From assembly GCA_016188865.1 (NCBI GenBank), contig JACPGX010000005.1, forward strand, positions 9,188-73,187: a stretch of 64,000 bases of DNA, written 5' to 3'. Position 1 is the first letter of the stretch. Each line of letters starts with the position of its first letter. The notes under the pieces are model-generated. The model was not told the origin of the DNA. It worked only from the letters and a program-made list of their open reading frames with translations, and did not search any database. A program made the position numbers and the translations under genes. Positions 32,561-42,601 of the stretch are shown piece after piece. The stretch is from Candidatus Nealsonbacteria bacterium (GTDB lineage: Bacteria > Patescibacteriota > Minisyncoccia > Minisyncoccales > MHMH01).

Positions 32561-34294
32561 ATGAAAAACAAGAGAGTTATTGTCGCAAACTTATTAATAG
32601 TTTGTTTTCTAAGTTTTTACGGCTTTGTTTTAGCCGAAGTTGATACCGATGTTCAAGCGGAAGATTTAGGCGTAACTAAGGCAAAAATTCTTCCGGGTAA
32701 TCCATTTTACGGTTTTAAAAATATTTTCAGAGGAGTGCAGGAGGGGCTTGCCCGCAATCCAATGAAAAAAGCCGAATTGCAATGGAAACATGCCAATGAA
32801 AAAGTTATTGAAGCAAAGCAATTAGTTGAAGAAAAAGGCACTCCTCAGGCTCAGGAAGACGCCGTAAGAATTCTTAAAAATGTTAATAATGATTTTGGAA
32901 AAATTGTCAGGCAAAGTGAAAATTTTTCCGGAGATGAAGAATTTCTCAGCAAAATTGCCGATCAGTCTTTAAAGCAGCAAGTTATCCTTCAAAAATTGCA
33001 AGAGCAGGTTCCTGAAGAAGTTTTTACCAAAATTGAGCAAAACCGGCAGGAGCACTTGGAAAAATTCGGCCAGGTGATGACCAGAGCCATAAAAACTCCG
33101 GAGCAAATGCGGAATTTTTTGCCGCAGGTTGTGGAAAATCAAAAAGGCAGTAATTTTAAAGAGCTAAAAGCAGTAGAAATTTTAAGGGATTTGGAAGATA
33201 AGGTGTCGCCAGAACAGAGGGAGGCCCTAAGAATGGCGCAGCAAGTAATGAGCCAGAAATTTGAACAGCGTTTTGCCAATATGCCTCAGGAAGCAAGGCA
33301 GGAGAATTTCCAAAATTATGTTGGATCTATGCCGGGCAATCCCGTTCGGCAATTTGAGGCATTTGAAACAATGAGGCAAAATTTCCAATCCCCTGAAATT
33401 ATGCAGGAAATAGAGTTGGCGAAAGATAGGGCGGTGCAGAAATTTGAAAGCCGATTTAGCCAGTTTCAGGGGGAAGAAGCTCGTCAGGAATTTATGGCTC
33501 CTTGGCGCAATGGCGATCCGGAAGATTTGAGAACGATGACTGAAATGAAAATGCGTCTAGACCAGATTCCTCAAGGTTTTCAGCAATTTCAGCAAGAAAC
33601 GCAGAATAATTTTCAAGAACGCTTTAGCAATAATCCTGAAGCCTTGAGGCAAAATCCGGTATTTCAAAGAATGGCGGAAAATCCCGATGTTGTTGATTTG
33701 AAAATGACGCAGGGATTGGGAGAAATTCCTGCTTTCAAACAATTTCAAAATCAGGCAACTGAAAAATTTATTGAAAATGTTCAACGGCCGGGGCAAGCAG
33801 CGGGCCAGCCAGTAATATTTGGCCCTCCGGTGCCAGGCGGCTTAAGAGTTTTAGAAGAGATCAGGGGACAACTTCCTATCCAAGCTCAGAGAGGAATGGA
33901 CCAAGCTATACAAACTCAAACTAAGACAATGGAAAATTATTTGGGAAAAATCGAAGATTCCAGCACTTTCCAGAGATACAAGCAGCAAATTGAGGGCGAT
34001 CAAATGATCAGGAATCAGGTACAGCAGTTTGCCCCGCGCATATTTCAGCAGCAGCCCAGCTCAGCTGGACAGCAGCCCAGCCCGTCGCCTCGACCTATTG
34101 TTCCCATGACTCCGGAAAGGGTTCAGCTTTTCGAGGAGAAGCAACCGATCCAGCAGCTGCAAGAATTTCAGCAATCTATCCAGCCGCAGCCCGTTCAACC
34201 TCAGCCAGCGCCTGCATTAGAGCCTGCTCCTCCCCCTGTTTTTCCTAACATTTTGAAGAATTTTTTGGGAGCAATATCAGAAATCGCTAAATAA
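32561..34294 (+). CDS. Secreted DUF5667-type protein with a Gln/Pro-rich C-terminus
   Basis: Signal/TM, then ILPGNPFYGFKNIFRGVQ. The rest is helical, Q-rich and low-complexity. Confidence 0.7.
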   Translation: MKNKRVIVANLLIVCFLSFYGFVLAEVDTDVQAEDLGVTKAKILPGNPFYGFKNIFRGVQEGLARNPMKKAELQWKHANEKVIEAKQLVEEKGTPQAQEDAVRILKNVNNDFGKIVRQSENFSGDEEFLSKIADQSLKQQVILQKLQEQVPEEVFTKIEQNRQEHLEKFGQVMTRAIKTPEQMRNFLPQVVENQKGSNFKELKAVEILRDLEDKVSPEQREALRMAQQVMSQKFEQRFANMPQEARQENFQNYVGSMPGNPVRQFEAFETMRQNFQSPEIMQEIELAKDRAVQKFESRFSQFQGEEARQEFMAPWRNGDPEDLRTMTEMKMRLDQIPQGFQQFQQETQNNFQERFSNNPEALRQNPVFQRMAENPDVVDLKMTQGLGEIPAFKQFQNQATEKFIENVQRPGQAAGQPVIFGPPVPGGLRVLEEIRGQLPIQAQRGMDQAIQTQTKTMENYLGKIEDSSTFQRYKQQIEGDQMIRNQVQQFAPRIFQQQPSSAGQQPSPSPRPIVPMTPERVQLFEEKQPIQQLQEFQQSIQPQPVQPQPAPALEPAPPPVFPNILKNFLGAISEIAK

Positions 34295-36609
34295 TGCCAA
34301 CTATTCTCGTTATCTTTGGAGCAACCGGTGATTTAATGCGCAGGAAAATAGCGCCTGCTTTGTTTCATTTATTTGATAGGGGACAGCTTCCCGGTTTTTT
34401 TCATGTAATCGGATTTTCAAAAGATAATATCACTAAAGCCGAATTTGATAACTTAATTAAAACGGCGATTGTTAAGCACCTGAATTTTAAAGATATTGAT
34501 AATGGAAAGATAGATAAATTTTTAAATTTGTTTTCTCACAATAAAGGATTATTTGAGAATCTCGGCGATTACCATGAATTAGAAAAAGCGGCTAAAGAAA
34601 TTGACGATCAGTGGAAAATTTGCACTAATAAGCTTTTTTATCTTGCCGCTTCCCCGCAATTTTATGAGCCAATTTTTGAAAATCTTGCCAAGTCAGGCCT
34701 GACCCGTCCTTGCAGCGATGAAGAGGGTTGGACAAGAGTTATTGTGGAGAAACCTTTTGGCAAAGATTTAAAAACAGCAAACAAGCTGGAAGCTTTGCTT
34801 TGCAGGCTTTTTCGGGAAATTCAAATTTACCGCATTGATCACTACTTAGCCAAAGAAATGCTCCAAAATATTTTAGCGTTTCGTTTTTCCAATAATCTTT
34901 TTGAAAACAGCTGGAATAACAATTTAATTGAAAAAATTGAAATTCGTCTTTGGGAAAAAGCGGGCGCAGAAGACCGCGGAAGTTTTTATGATGGCTTGGG
35001 AGCCTTAAGAGATGTCGGCCAGAATCATCTTCTTCAAATGTTAGCTTTGGTTGCCATGGACAATCCCATTGATTTTTCAGCCGATGCGATTAGAGGAAAA
35101 AGAGAAGAAACTTTAAAAAGCCTTATTCTTCCCTTAAAGAAAGAAATAAAAGATTTCACTTTTAGAGCGCAATATGACGGCTATCGCAACATTGAAGGAG
35201 TGGCCAAAAATTCTGTCACAGAAACTTATTTTAAAATAAGGGCCTTTTTATCTCTTCCGAGGTGGCAGTCGGTTCCGATCATTATGGAGTCCGGCAAAAA
35301 ACTCAAAGAGCAATGCAAAGAAATAGTGGTTACCTTTAAGCATCCAATTCCTTGCCTTTGCCAGACTGGTTTGGAGTACCACGGGAATAAAATAACCATA
35401 CGCCTAGAACCGGAAGAAAAAATTACTTTGCAATTTTGGTCAAAAAAGCCGGGAGTTGGCTTTGAAACGGAAGAGCGCAGTTTCAATTTCTTTTTTAGAG
35501 AGTTAGACGGTCGTTTTCAATATACCGAAGAGTATGAGCGCCTTTTGATTGATTGCATTAATGGCAATCAAACTCTTTTTGTTTCAAGCAAGGAAGTAAC
35601 GGCAATGTGGCGGTATACCGATTCTATTATAAAAGGCTGGAACAATAATATTGTTCCGCTTAAGATTTATAAATCAAACACCGATGAGCCGATTGTTGCT
35701 TCACAGCGTATTGATAAGTCTTCTATTGCCCTGAGCAATTTTAAAAAAGAAATGGGCATTGTTGGCTTGGGGAAGATGGGCAAGAATATGGCCGATCGTT
35801 TGTCGGAGATGGGATGGAAAATATCGGGCTTTGATAAAGATTATAATTTTGGGAAATTGGTCGAAGATTTGACTAAGCCGCGCATTGTTTGGCTGATGGT
35901 GCCCGCAGGCAAGCCCGTCGAGGAAGTAATTTTTGGTAAAAATGGTTTGGTTCATTTTTTAAGCAAGGGAGATATCATTATTGATGGAGGCAATTCTTTT
36001 TATAAAGATTCCATAAACAGATTCAAAAAATTAAAGAAAAAGGGGCTTTATTTTATCGATGTCGGGTTTTCCGGAGGTCCTGAAGGAGCAAGGCATGGAG
36101 CTTCTTTGATGATTGGCGGACAAGGGGATGTTTTTAAAAAATTAGAGCCGCTTTTCAGAGATATTGCTCAAACCAATGGTTATCAATTTTTTGAGAGAGC
36201 TGGCGCAGGCCATTTTGTCAAAATGGTGCACAACGGCATCGAATATGGCATGATGCAGGCAATTGCCGAGGGATTTACTATTTTGAAGAAGGCAAAATAT
36301 AAGTTAAATCTTGCTAAGATAGCCGATGTTTATAACCACGGAAGTGTTATTGAATCTCGCTTAATCGGCTGGCTTCAAAAGTCTTTGGAATTGCACGGAG
36401 AGAATCTGGAGAGAATCACAGGCTCGGTTGCCCACACGGGCGAAGGAAAGTGGACGGTAGATACGGCAAAAGAATTGAGAGTTCAAGCAAAAATAATTGA
36501 ATCTGCCATGCAATTTAGGATTCAATCGAAAAATAATCCAAGCTATGCCGGGAAAATTTTATCCGCCTTGCGCGAGCAATTCGGAGGTCATAAAGAAGTT
36601 GCAAAATGA
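34294..36609 (+). CDS. Glucose-6-phosphate dehydrogenase fused to 6-phosphogluconate dehydrogenase-like (short Gnd/YqeC type) domain
   Basis: Zwf part: VIFGATGDLMRRK, EKPFG, RIDHYLAKE. Gnd part from about aa 487: MGIVGLGKMGKNMA, GGNSFYKDS, DVGFSGGPEGARHGASLMIGG, HFVKMVHNGIEYGMMQAIAEG. One ORF of 771 aa. Confidence 0.85.
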   Translation: MPTILVIFGATGDLMRRKIAPALFHLFDRGQLPGFFHVIGFSKDNITKAEFDNLIKTAIVKHLNFKDIDNGKIDKFLNLFSHNKGLFENLGDYHELEKAAKEIDDQWKICTNKLFYLAASPQFYEPIFENLAKSGLTRPCSDEEGWTRVIVEKPFGKDLKTANKLEALLCRLFREIQIYRIDHYLAKEMLQNILAFRFSNNLFENSWNNNLIEKIEIRLWEKAGAEDRGSFYDGLGALRDVGQNHLLQMLALVAMDNPIDFSADAIRGKREETLKSLILPLKKEIKDFTFRAQYDGYRNIEGVAKNSVTETYFKIRAFLSLPRWQSVPIIMESGKKLKEQCKEIVVTFKHPIPCLCQTGLEYHGNKITIRLEPEEKITLQFWSKKPGVGFETEERSFNFFFRELDGRFQYTEEYERLLIDCINGNQTLFVSSKEVTAMWRYTDSIIKGWNNNIVPLKIYKSNTDEPIVASQRIDKSSIALSNFKKEMGIVGLGKMGKNMADRLSEMGWKISGFDKDYNFGKLVEDLTKPRIVWLMVPAGKPVEEVIFGKNGLVHFLSKGDIIIDGGNSFYKDSINRFKKLKKKGLYFIDVGFSGGPEGARHGASLMIGGQGDVFKKLEPLFRDIAQTNGYQFFERAGAGHFVKMVHNGIEYGMMQAIAEGFTILKKAKYKLNLAKIADVYNHGSVIESRLIGWLQKSLELHGENLERITGSVAHTGEGKWTVDTAKELRVQAKIIESAMQFRIQSKNNPSYAGKILSALREQFGGHKEVAK

Positions 36610-36654
36610 AATAAAATAAAAAGGGAGGGGAAGTTTAAGGCGCGCCCAGTTTTT

Positions 36655-38607
36655 TTATTCCACGATTATTTTTCCGGTGGATTTTTGGACATTAGAGAGC
36701 GGCCACCAAGAAGTGAATTCAAATGATTTTTCTGCGGCGAATTCCACGGTAGCTGATGAGCCCGGTTTAATAGTCCCGGTTTTAAAGACATCGCTTTTTA
36801 TTTCCAGCCCGCCGTAATACACGTTATTTTCCCTGACGAAGAAAGTCAGTCTTACTTTTGAGCCCCTCGCGGCTTTCACCGCGGAGTTAGGATAAAAACC
36901 AAAATCATCAGCCTCTAATTTTGTTTCCATAACTGCCGCGATATTGCTGGTTTCGAGATTTATTTGGATTGTTTCCGCAGGTTTTATAGCTTCTATTTTT
37001 GTTTCTGTCCTCGCTCCCGTCATTGTTTCTGCTTCCATTTTCGATTCTATTTGAGATTCTTTTTTACATTCTCCGCGGTAACTTACCGTCACGCCGGTAA
37101 TCTTAGCAAAACAAGCATTAGAGTAAGTTTTGCCGTTAGCTCCGCAAACTGGATTATATTCCAAAGTGCAGGCTGCGGGTTTTTCCGGCAATTTTCCCTC
37201 TATTATTCGCGCAAGTTTGGTAAGAAAATCTCTTACATGGCCCATATGGAGTTTGGTATTTTCGAGATTTCCATTGGTAAAGGCTTCCTTGGCGTAACCT
37301 AGATGCAAAACTGCATTATCTAAAATTTCGAAGGCATCTTTATTTTGTTCTCTAGTAAAATTACGCTCGTTGAGCAATTTTTCGTAAGTGTTGATTTTTT
37401 CTGCAAGTTCTTTTAAATGCTGTTCAAAATTTCCACTTTGAGGTTTTTCGCGTTCAAAAGATTTAAAAGCATTTCTTGCCAAAACCTCGGCTGACCTTGC
37501 TTGCCCAAACGCCTCGCCGTATTTTTCCTCTTCAAAAGCTGCTTTCGCTTCCTTTAAATGTTCTCTTGCTTCACCGAGAAGTTCTGAAACAATAGCTTTC
37601 TGTTCGGCCTCGTTAATTATTTTTTCAGCTCGTTCAATTTGCTCTTTTGCTTTTTCGTTAATATCCATTTCCTTTTTAAGCAGTTCTTCGAGGGGCTTGC
37701 GCGCTTTTTCTAAAGCTTGCGCTAAACGTTCTTCAGCTCTTTTTTGTATTTCTTCAATGATAACCGATCTTTTAGCGAAGTCTCCGGGGGTATTGCCGAT
37801 TTTTTCTTTAAGAATATCTTCGCCGCCTTTTTCCACTAATTCTTGAATATCTGTTTCCAATTTTTCAGAAAATTCTTCCCGCAATCTTTTGAGAGATTCT
37901 TTTACGGCCTCCGGAGTTTTATTGGAAAATCGGTCGATAATTTCTACCGATCTTGCATGTTTCAATTCCCCGCCCCTTTCTTCAAGAAGAACTTTTTCAA
38001 GTCTTGAGGCGAATTTCGCCGAGTCATCTTTCTTAGCAGCTTCGCCGACGAGGTTTTCACTGCCTTTTTTGACCCGGTTTATCTCTTTAGTAATTTGTTC
38101 TTTTTCACCAAACTTAAAAGAGATTTCATCAAATAATTTTTCATGCTTTACCGTTTTTTCAGTAAGTTTATTTAAAAGTTCGTCTATTTTTGGATTTTGA
38201 GAAGTTTCTTTTATAGCTTCGAATCTTTTTCTAAGATTTTCCTGGCTTTTTTGGTAGTTTTCCAGCGCTTTTTGAATGGCTTGGGTATTTTGCGGTTCAG
38301 TTTCGGTTATTTTTTTTGCTTCAGCTGCTTTTTCGTTGGTGAATTTCAGGTGCAATTCCGCCTTGGCGACGGGATTAAAAACAAAGAAGTCTTGCACGCC
38401 CCTGCCCAGTTCTTTAAAAAAATAAAGGGGACTCGTGGGTAAAACCCCCGGATTGGTAATTCCCAAGTCGCTTATGGTTACCGTCTCTTCTTCTGAGATT
38501 GAGGGAGGCCCTTGGACAATAATGCCGGCTTCTTCTTGGGCATTGGCTCCCGCAGATATTATCAGAAATAAAACGGAGAGAGATATGGACAAGATATATT
38601 TTTTCAT
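36655..38607 (-). CDS. Secreted DUF5667-type coiled-coil protein with a Kazal-like domain and a C-terminal cupredoxin-like domain
   Basis: VLPTSPLYFFKELGRGVQ. Kazal pattern CTLEYNPVCGANGKTYSNACFAKITGVTVSYRGEC. C-terminal beta-sandwich KVRLTFFV..ATVEFAAEKSFEFTSWWP. Confidence 0.75.
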   Translation of the reverse strand: MKKYILSISLSVLFLIISAGANAQEEAGIIVQGPPSISEEETVTISDLGITNPGVLPTSPLYFFKELGRGVQDFFVFNPVAKAELHLKFTNEKAAEAKKITETEPQNTQAIQKALENYQKSQENLRKRFEAIKETSQNPKIDELLNKLTEKTVKHEKLFDEISFKFGEKEQITKEINRVKKGSENLVGEAAKKDDSAKFASRLEKVLLEERGGELKHARSVEIIDRFSNKTPEAVKESLKRLREEFSEKLETDIQELVEKGGEDILKEKIGNTPGDFAKRSVIIEEIQKRAEERLAQALEKARKPLEELLKKEMDINEKAKEQIERAEKIINEAEQKAIVSELLGEAREHLKEAKAAFEEEKYGEAFGQARSAEVLARNAFKSFEREKPQSGNFEQHLKELAEKINTYEKLLNERNFTREQNKDAFEILDNAVLHLGYAKEAFTNGNLENTKLHMGHVRDFLTKLARIIEGKLPEKPAACTLEYNPVCGANGKTYSNACFAKITGVTVSYRGECKKESQIESKMEAETMTGARTETKIEAIKPAETIQINLETSNIAAVMETKLEADDFGFYPNSAVKAARGSKVRLTFFVRENNVYYGGLEIKSDVFKTGTIKPGSSATVEFAAEKSFEFTSWWPLSNVQKSTGKIIVE

Positions 38608-38765
38608 GTATTATAATAAATTAATTATAATTAAATCATACTATTATTATATCAAACCCATATAATTTAGCAAAGTGTTTAGCGGAAGAGCCAAAGTATA
38701 GGCTCAAACAAGCAAAATCAGCTATTTTCCGAGATTTAATTCAAAACTGGGATGAGGCAAAAACT

Positions 38766-39659
38766 TTGCCTTTAGGATTGCGAGAAAAATTAAAAGAGAA
38801 TTGTCCACTTGAAATTACGGCCGAGCTCTTCCCGTCGGCAAAGGGAGGCACCATAAAGGCCCGCCTTGTTTTGCGAGACAGATTGAAGATTGAGTCGGTT
38901 TTGCTCCGCCATAAAGACGATAGAAATACCGTTTGCGTTTCTTCTCAAGTCGGCTGCCCCTTGGGCTGCCAATTTTGCATTACAGGTACTTTGGGATTTA
39001 AGAGAAATCTGGAATCATTGGAAATTGTTGAGCAGGTGTTATTCTTTGCCAGACTTTTAAAAAAGCCCTTCGGCACGGCTCAGGGTAAAGTGACCAACGT
39101 TGTTTTTATGGGAATGGGGGAGCCGTTTTTGAATTACGATAACGTCATTGGGGCGATTAAAATTTTAAATGACAAAGACGGCTTTAATTTAGGCGCAAGG
39201 CATTTTTCCATTTCTACCGTCGGCATTATCGAGGGAATTGAAAAATTGGCAAAAGAAAATCTTCAGATAAATTTGGCAGTTTCTTTGCATGCGCCTGAAG
39301 ACAGATTGCGCGAGAAAATAATGCCGATAAACAAAAAATATCCATTAGCCAAAATACTGGCAGCCGTGCGTAATTATATTAAAGAAACAAACAGAAGAGT
39401 TATGTTTGAATATATTATGATTAAAGATATGAATGATTCTGATGAGCAGGCAAAAGAGCTGGCAGAATTATTAAAAAATATTCCCCTTTCTTTTGTGAAT
39501 TTGATTTCTTACAATCCAACTGGTATTTTCCGTCCGTCTGAACCTGTAACCATTAAAAAATTTAAAGAAATTTTGGAGAAAAACGGTATTTCGGTTACGC
39601 AAAGATATCGTTTTGGCGATGATATCCGCGCTGCCTGCGGCCAGCTCGGCATTTGTTAA
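38766..39659 (+). CDS. rlmN: 23S rRNA/tRNA adenine-C2 methyltransferase RlmN (radical SAM)
   Basis: CPLGCQFCITG, VVFMGMGEPFLNY, ACGQL. Homology continues upstream to about 38680 (EEPKYRLKQAKSAIF) without a canonical start codon. Confidence 0.85.
   Translation: MPLGLREKLKENCPLEITAELFPSAKGGTIKARLVLRDRLKIESVLLRHKDDRNTVCVSSQVGCPLGCQFCITGTLGFKRNLESLEIVEQVLFFARLLKKPFGTAQGKVTNVVFMGMGEPFLNYDNVIGAIKILNDKDGFNLGARHFSISTVGIIEGIEKLAKENLQINLAVSLHAPEDRLREKIMPINKKYPLAKILAAVRNYIKETNRRVMFEYIMIKDMNDSDEQAKELAELLKNIPLSFVNLISYNPTGIFRPSEPVTIKKFKEILEKNGISVTQRYRFGDDIRAACGQLGIC
39066..39089 (+). repeat. Dispersed GC-rich motif copy inside rlmN
   Basis: CCCTTCGGCACGGCTCAGGGTAAA encodes PFGTAQGK. Confidence 0.5.
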
Positions 39660-39728
39660 TTTTTAAAAGACATGATAGATTTATCAGGAGTTCCTTTAAA
39701 AATAAATTCTTCAAAACGGAGGCCTAAA

Positions 39729-40604
39729 ATGAACTTTAAAGAAATAAAGAAGGTTTTGCTGTGGATTCTTGTTCTAAATTGGCTGGTGGCTTTCACTAAA
39801 ATCTTTATCGGTTTTTCCACGGGGACTTTAAGCATTTTAACTGACGGACTGCATTCTCTTTTTGACGGAGTGACAAATATCGTTGGTATTTTTGGAATCA
39901 AGCTTGCCGAAAAACCGGCAGATAAAGACCACCCTTACGGTCACAGAAAATATGAGGCGATAGCTTCTATGGTGATACTATTTTTTCTAGCGATCACGGC
40001 TTACGAGGTTTCTAAAAATATTATCAATAGGCTGCTTCATTCTTCGATAATAGATATTGATTGGTTCGTTTTTGGAGTTTTGGCATTTTGTCTTGTTGCC
40101 GATTATTTTGTGGCAAGATACGAATACAGAAAAGGGCAAGAACTAAAAAGCGTTATTTTGAAAGCAGACTCTTCCCACACTAAATCCCATTACATAACCA
40201 CCGGAGCAGTCATTTTGGGCGCGCTTTTGATGAAGCTAGGAGCTCCTTCGATGATCGATCCGATTATTGCCGTCTTCGTAGTAATGTTTGTTTTCAAGCT
40301 GGGTTACGATATTTTCAAAGAAACAACAGCTGTTTTATCTGACAAAGCTTTTATCGAAGAGGAAAGAATCAAAGAAATCGTTGAAAAAATATGCGGCTCC
40401 GGATCGTGCCATGAAATAAGAACTAGGGGAGATGAAAACCATATTTTTATGGATTTGCGCATTGTTTTTAATGAGCATATGACCCTGTCGGAAGTTCATA
40501 AAATCTGCGATCAATTAGAAGAAAGAATCAGGGCAGAAATCCCCGAAATTAAGGATATCACCGTTCATCCCGAGCCAGGCGAGGAGGCGGCCCATGATTG
40601 CTAA
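39729..40604 (+). CDS. Cation diffusion facilitator (CDF) metal efflux transporter
   Basis: Start moved to ATG 39729. SILTDGLHSLFD, DHPYGHRKYE, and a C-terminal cytoplasmic domain. Confidence 0.85.
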   Translation: MNFKEIKKVLLWILVLNWLVAFTKIFIGFSTGTLSILTDGLHSLFDGVTNIVGIFGIKLAEKPADKDHPYGHRKYEAIASMVILFFLAITAYEVSKNIINRLLHSSIIDIDWFVFGVLAFCLVADYFVARYEYRKGQELKSVILKADSSHTKSHYITTGAVILGALLMKLGAPSMIDPIIAVFVVMFVFKLGYDIFKETTAVLSDKAFIEEERIKEIVEKICGSGSCHEIRTRGDENHIFMDLRIVFNEHMTLSEVHKICDQLEERIRAEIPEIKDITVHPEPGEEAAHDC

Positions 40605-41442
40605 AGATTTTTATTCAAAGCTTTTAAGCTCCTTAAAAAACAGAAAAGATATAGTTATTAAAAAATATAAACTTCATTACAAAAAAGGCAAGTATGATTT
40701 TTTGAGAATTGCTTCAGAGGAAATTATGCCGATGGACAAAATAATTATGATTCGGGCGGGAATTCACGGCGATGAAATTGCCGGCCCCATAACTATTCTG
40801 GATCATGCTAATGAAATAATTGACCTGATTCACGATAATGGCTTGAAAATAATTCTTTACCCGCTGGGTAATCCATCTGGCTTTGAGATTCGCACAAGAT
40901 ACAATGCAGACTACAAAGACGGCGATTCGTGCAACAATGATTTTTTGCGCTATGAACTTGAACACGGCCTGCTAGTCGAAACAATTGGCGATAATGTTAG
41001 GTTTGAAAAATGGCATTGGCTTTCCGATGTCGCAGAAGAATTAAGGATTAAACTACCGGCAGAAACTAAGCTGATGCATAGGCTGCTGAAAAAAGATCCT
41101 TTGTCTCAAATTTCAGGTTTTGTTGATTTGCATCAAGATTTCAAAACTCCGGGTTTAGGGATGGCGGCTGCCTATCACTATTCTTTCGACGGCTTGGAGG
41201 CTTACGAGAATATAGTAAAGTGCATAGAAGAAATTGCGCCGCTTCTTAGCGATGAGATAGGCGCTGACGAGCGAGGATTTATTATTGAGCATGACGGCAG
41301 TTTGGACGATCTGATGCACAGGTTGGGAGTGAAATACTGCGTAACCTGCGAGACAACTGGAGCTACTCCCTTAGATATCGCCTGCCAGGTAAATTTAATT
41401 TGGATTAAAGGAATTGCAGATTTAGTAAAGGAGGTGAAATAA
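40594..41442 (+). CDS. M14-like zinc carboxypeptidase / succinylglutamate desuccinylase-aspartoacylase family protein
   Basis: IMIRAGIHGDEIAGP has the HxxE metal motif. LYPLGNPSGF. Confidence 0.5.
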   Translation: MIAKDFYSKLLSSLKNRKDIVIKKYKLHYKKGKYDFLRIASEEIMPMDKIIMIRAGIHGDEIAGPITILDHANEIIDLIHDNGLKIILYPLGNPSGFEIRTRYNADYKDGDSCNNDFLRYELEHGLLVETIGDNVRFEKWHWLSDVAEELRIKLPAETKLMHRLLKKDPLSQISGFVDLHQDFKTPGLGMAAAYHYSFDGLEAYENIVKCIEEIAPLLSDEIGADERGFIIEHDGSLDDLMHRLGVKYCVTCETTGATPLDIACQVNLIWIKGIADLVKEVK

Positions 41443-42599
41443 TGCCAAAGTTCGCTCTTTCTGGGGCTGTTAGATCAATTGAGCCATCGCCGACTTTTGA
41501 GATAGAAGCCAAAGTGAAAGAAATGCAAAAAAATGGAGCGAAGGTTTTTAATCTTAATCTCGGCGAGCCGGATTTTTTTACATCCGATAATGTGAAGTCA
41601 GCAGCTCTCATAGCTATTGTGGAGAATAAAACAAGATATACCCAGGTTAAAGGAATGCCCAAGCTTCTTGAGGCAGTTTGCGAGAAATTCAAGAGTGATA
41701 ACGGTTTGGTTTATACTCCAAAAGAAGTCATTGTCAGCAATGGGGCGAAACAGATTTTATATCTAGCCATCAGGACAGTTTGCGAGGTAGGCGACGAGGT
41801 TATTGTTTTGGCTCCTTACTGGGTAAGTTATCCTGAAATAACTAAGTTAGCCGGAGGTAAGCCAGTAATCGTCAAAACCGATGATTTCCGTTTTTCCGCA
41901 GAAGCTATTCGAAAGGCCATTACTCGAAAAACAAAAGCTATTGTTATCAATTCGCCGAACAATCCGACAAGCATTGTCTGGACCAAAGATGAACTGGAGG
42001 AGCTGGGAAAACTGGTTATGAAATACAGAATTTTGGTTATTTCCGATGAAATTTATGAAAGATTTCTTTTTGACGGGGCAAAACATTTTAGTTTTGCCGC
42101 AATGGCTCCGAAGCTGAAAAATTACACCATTACCGTTAACGGCGTAAGCAAAACTTACGCTATGACAGGCTTTAGGGTAGGTTATGCCGGCGGACCAGCT
42201 TACATAATTGAGAAAATGGCTGATTTGCAAAGCCATGTTTCTTCAAGCATCTGCTCAATTTCTCAAGAAGCTGCCGTGGAGGCGCTCTCGGGCGGGAAAG
42301 AGTTAGTCAACAAAATGGTGCGGGAGTTCGATGAAAGGCGCAAGCTTGTTTGCGATGATTTAAGAAATTTGGGAGTTGAATTTATTAAGCCAGAAGGCGC
42401 TTACTATGTATTTTTTAAAGTTGAGCCGCACTTTGACTCAATGCACTTTTGCGAAATATTGCTTCAGGATTTTAAAGTAGCTTTAAATCCGGGCGAGAGT
42501 TTCGGAACCCCGGGCTGGGTGAGGTTAAGCTACACCGTTAATCGCGATGATTTGAAAGAAGCAATGTACAGAATCGGGATGATGTTCAGAAGGGGATAG
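41442..42599 (+). CDS. Class I/II PLP-dependent aminotransferase (aspartate aminotransferase-like)
   Basis: [13 protein letters not shown], and [13 protein letters not shown] carrying the PLP Lys. Confidence 0.85.
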   Translation: MPKFALSGAVRSIEPSPTFEIEAKVKEMQKNGAKVFNLNLGEPDFFTSDNVKSAALIAIVENKTRYTQVKGMPKLLEAVCEKFKSDNGLVYTPKEVIVSNGAKQILYLAIRTVCEVGDEVIVLAPYWVSYPEITKLAGGKPVIVKTDDFRFSAEAIRKAITRKTKAIVINSPNNPTSIVWTKDELEELGKLVMKYRILVISDEIYERFLFDGAKHFSFAAMAPKLKNYTITVNGVSKTYAMTGFRVGYAGGPAYIIEKMADLQSHVSSSICSISQEAAVEALSGGKELVNKMVREFDERRKLVCDDLRNLGVEFIKPEGAYYVFFKVEPHFDSMHFCEILLQDFKVALNPGESFGTPGWVRLSYTVNRDDLKEAMYRIGMMFRRG

Positions 42600-42601
42600 C
42601 T

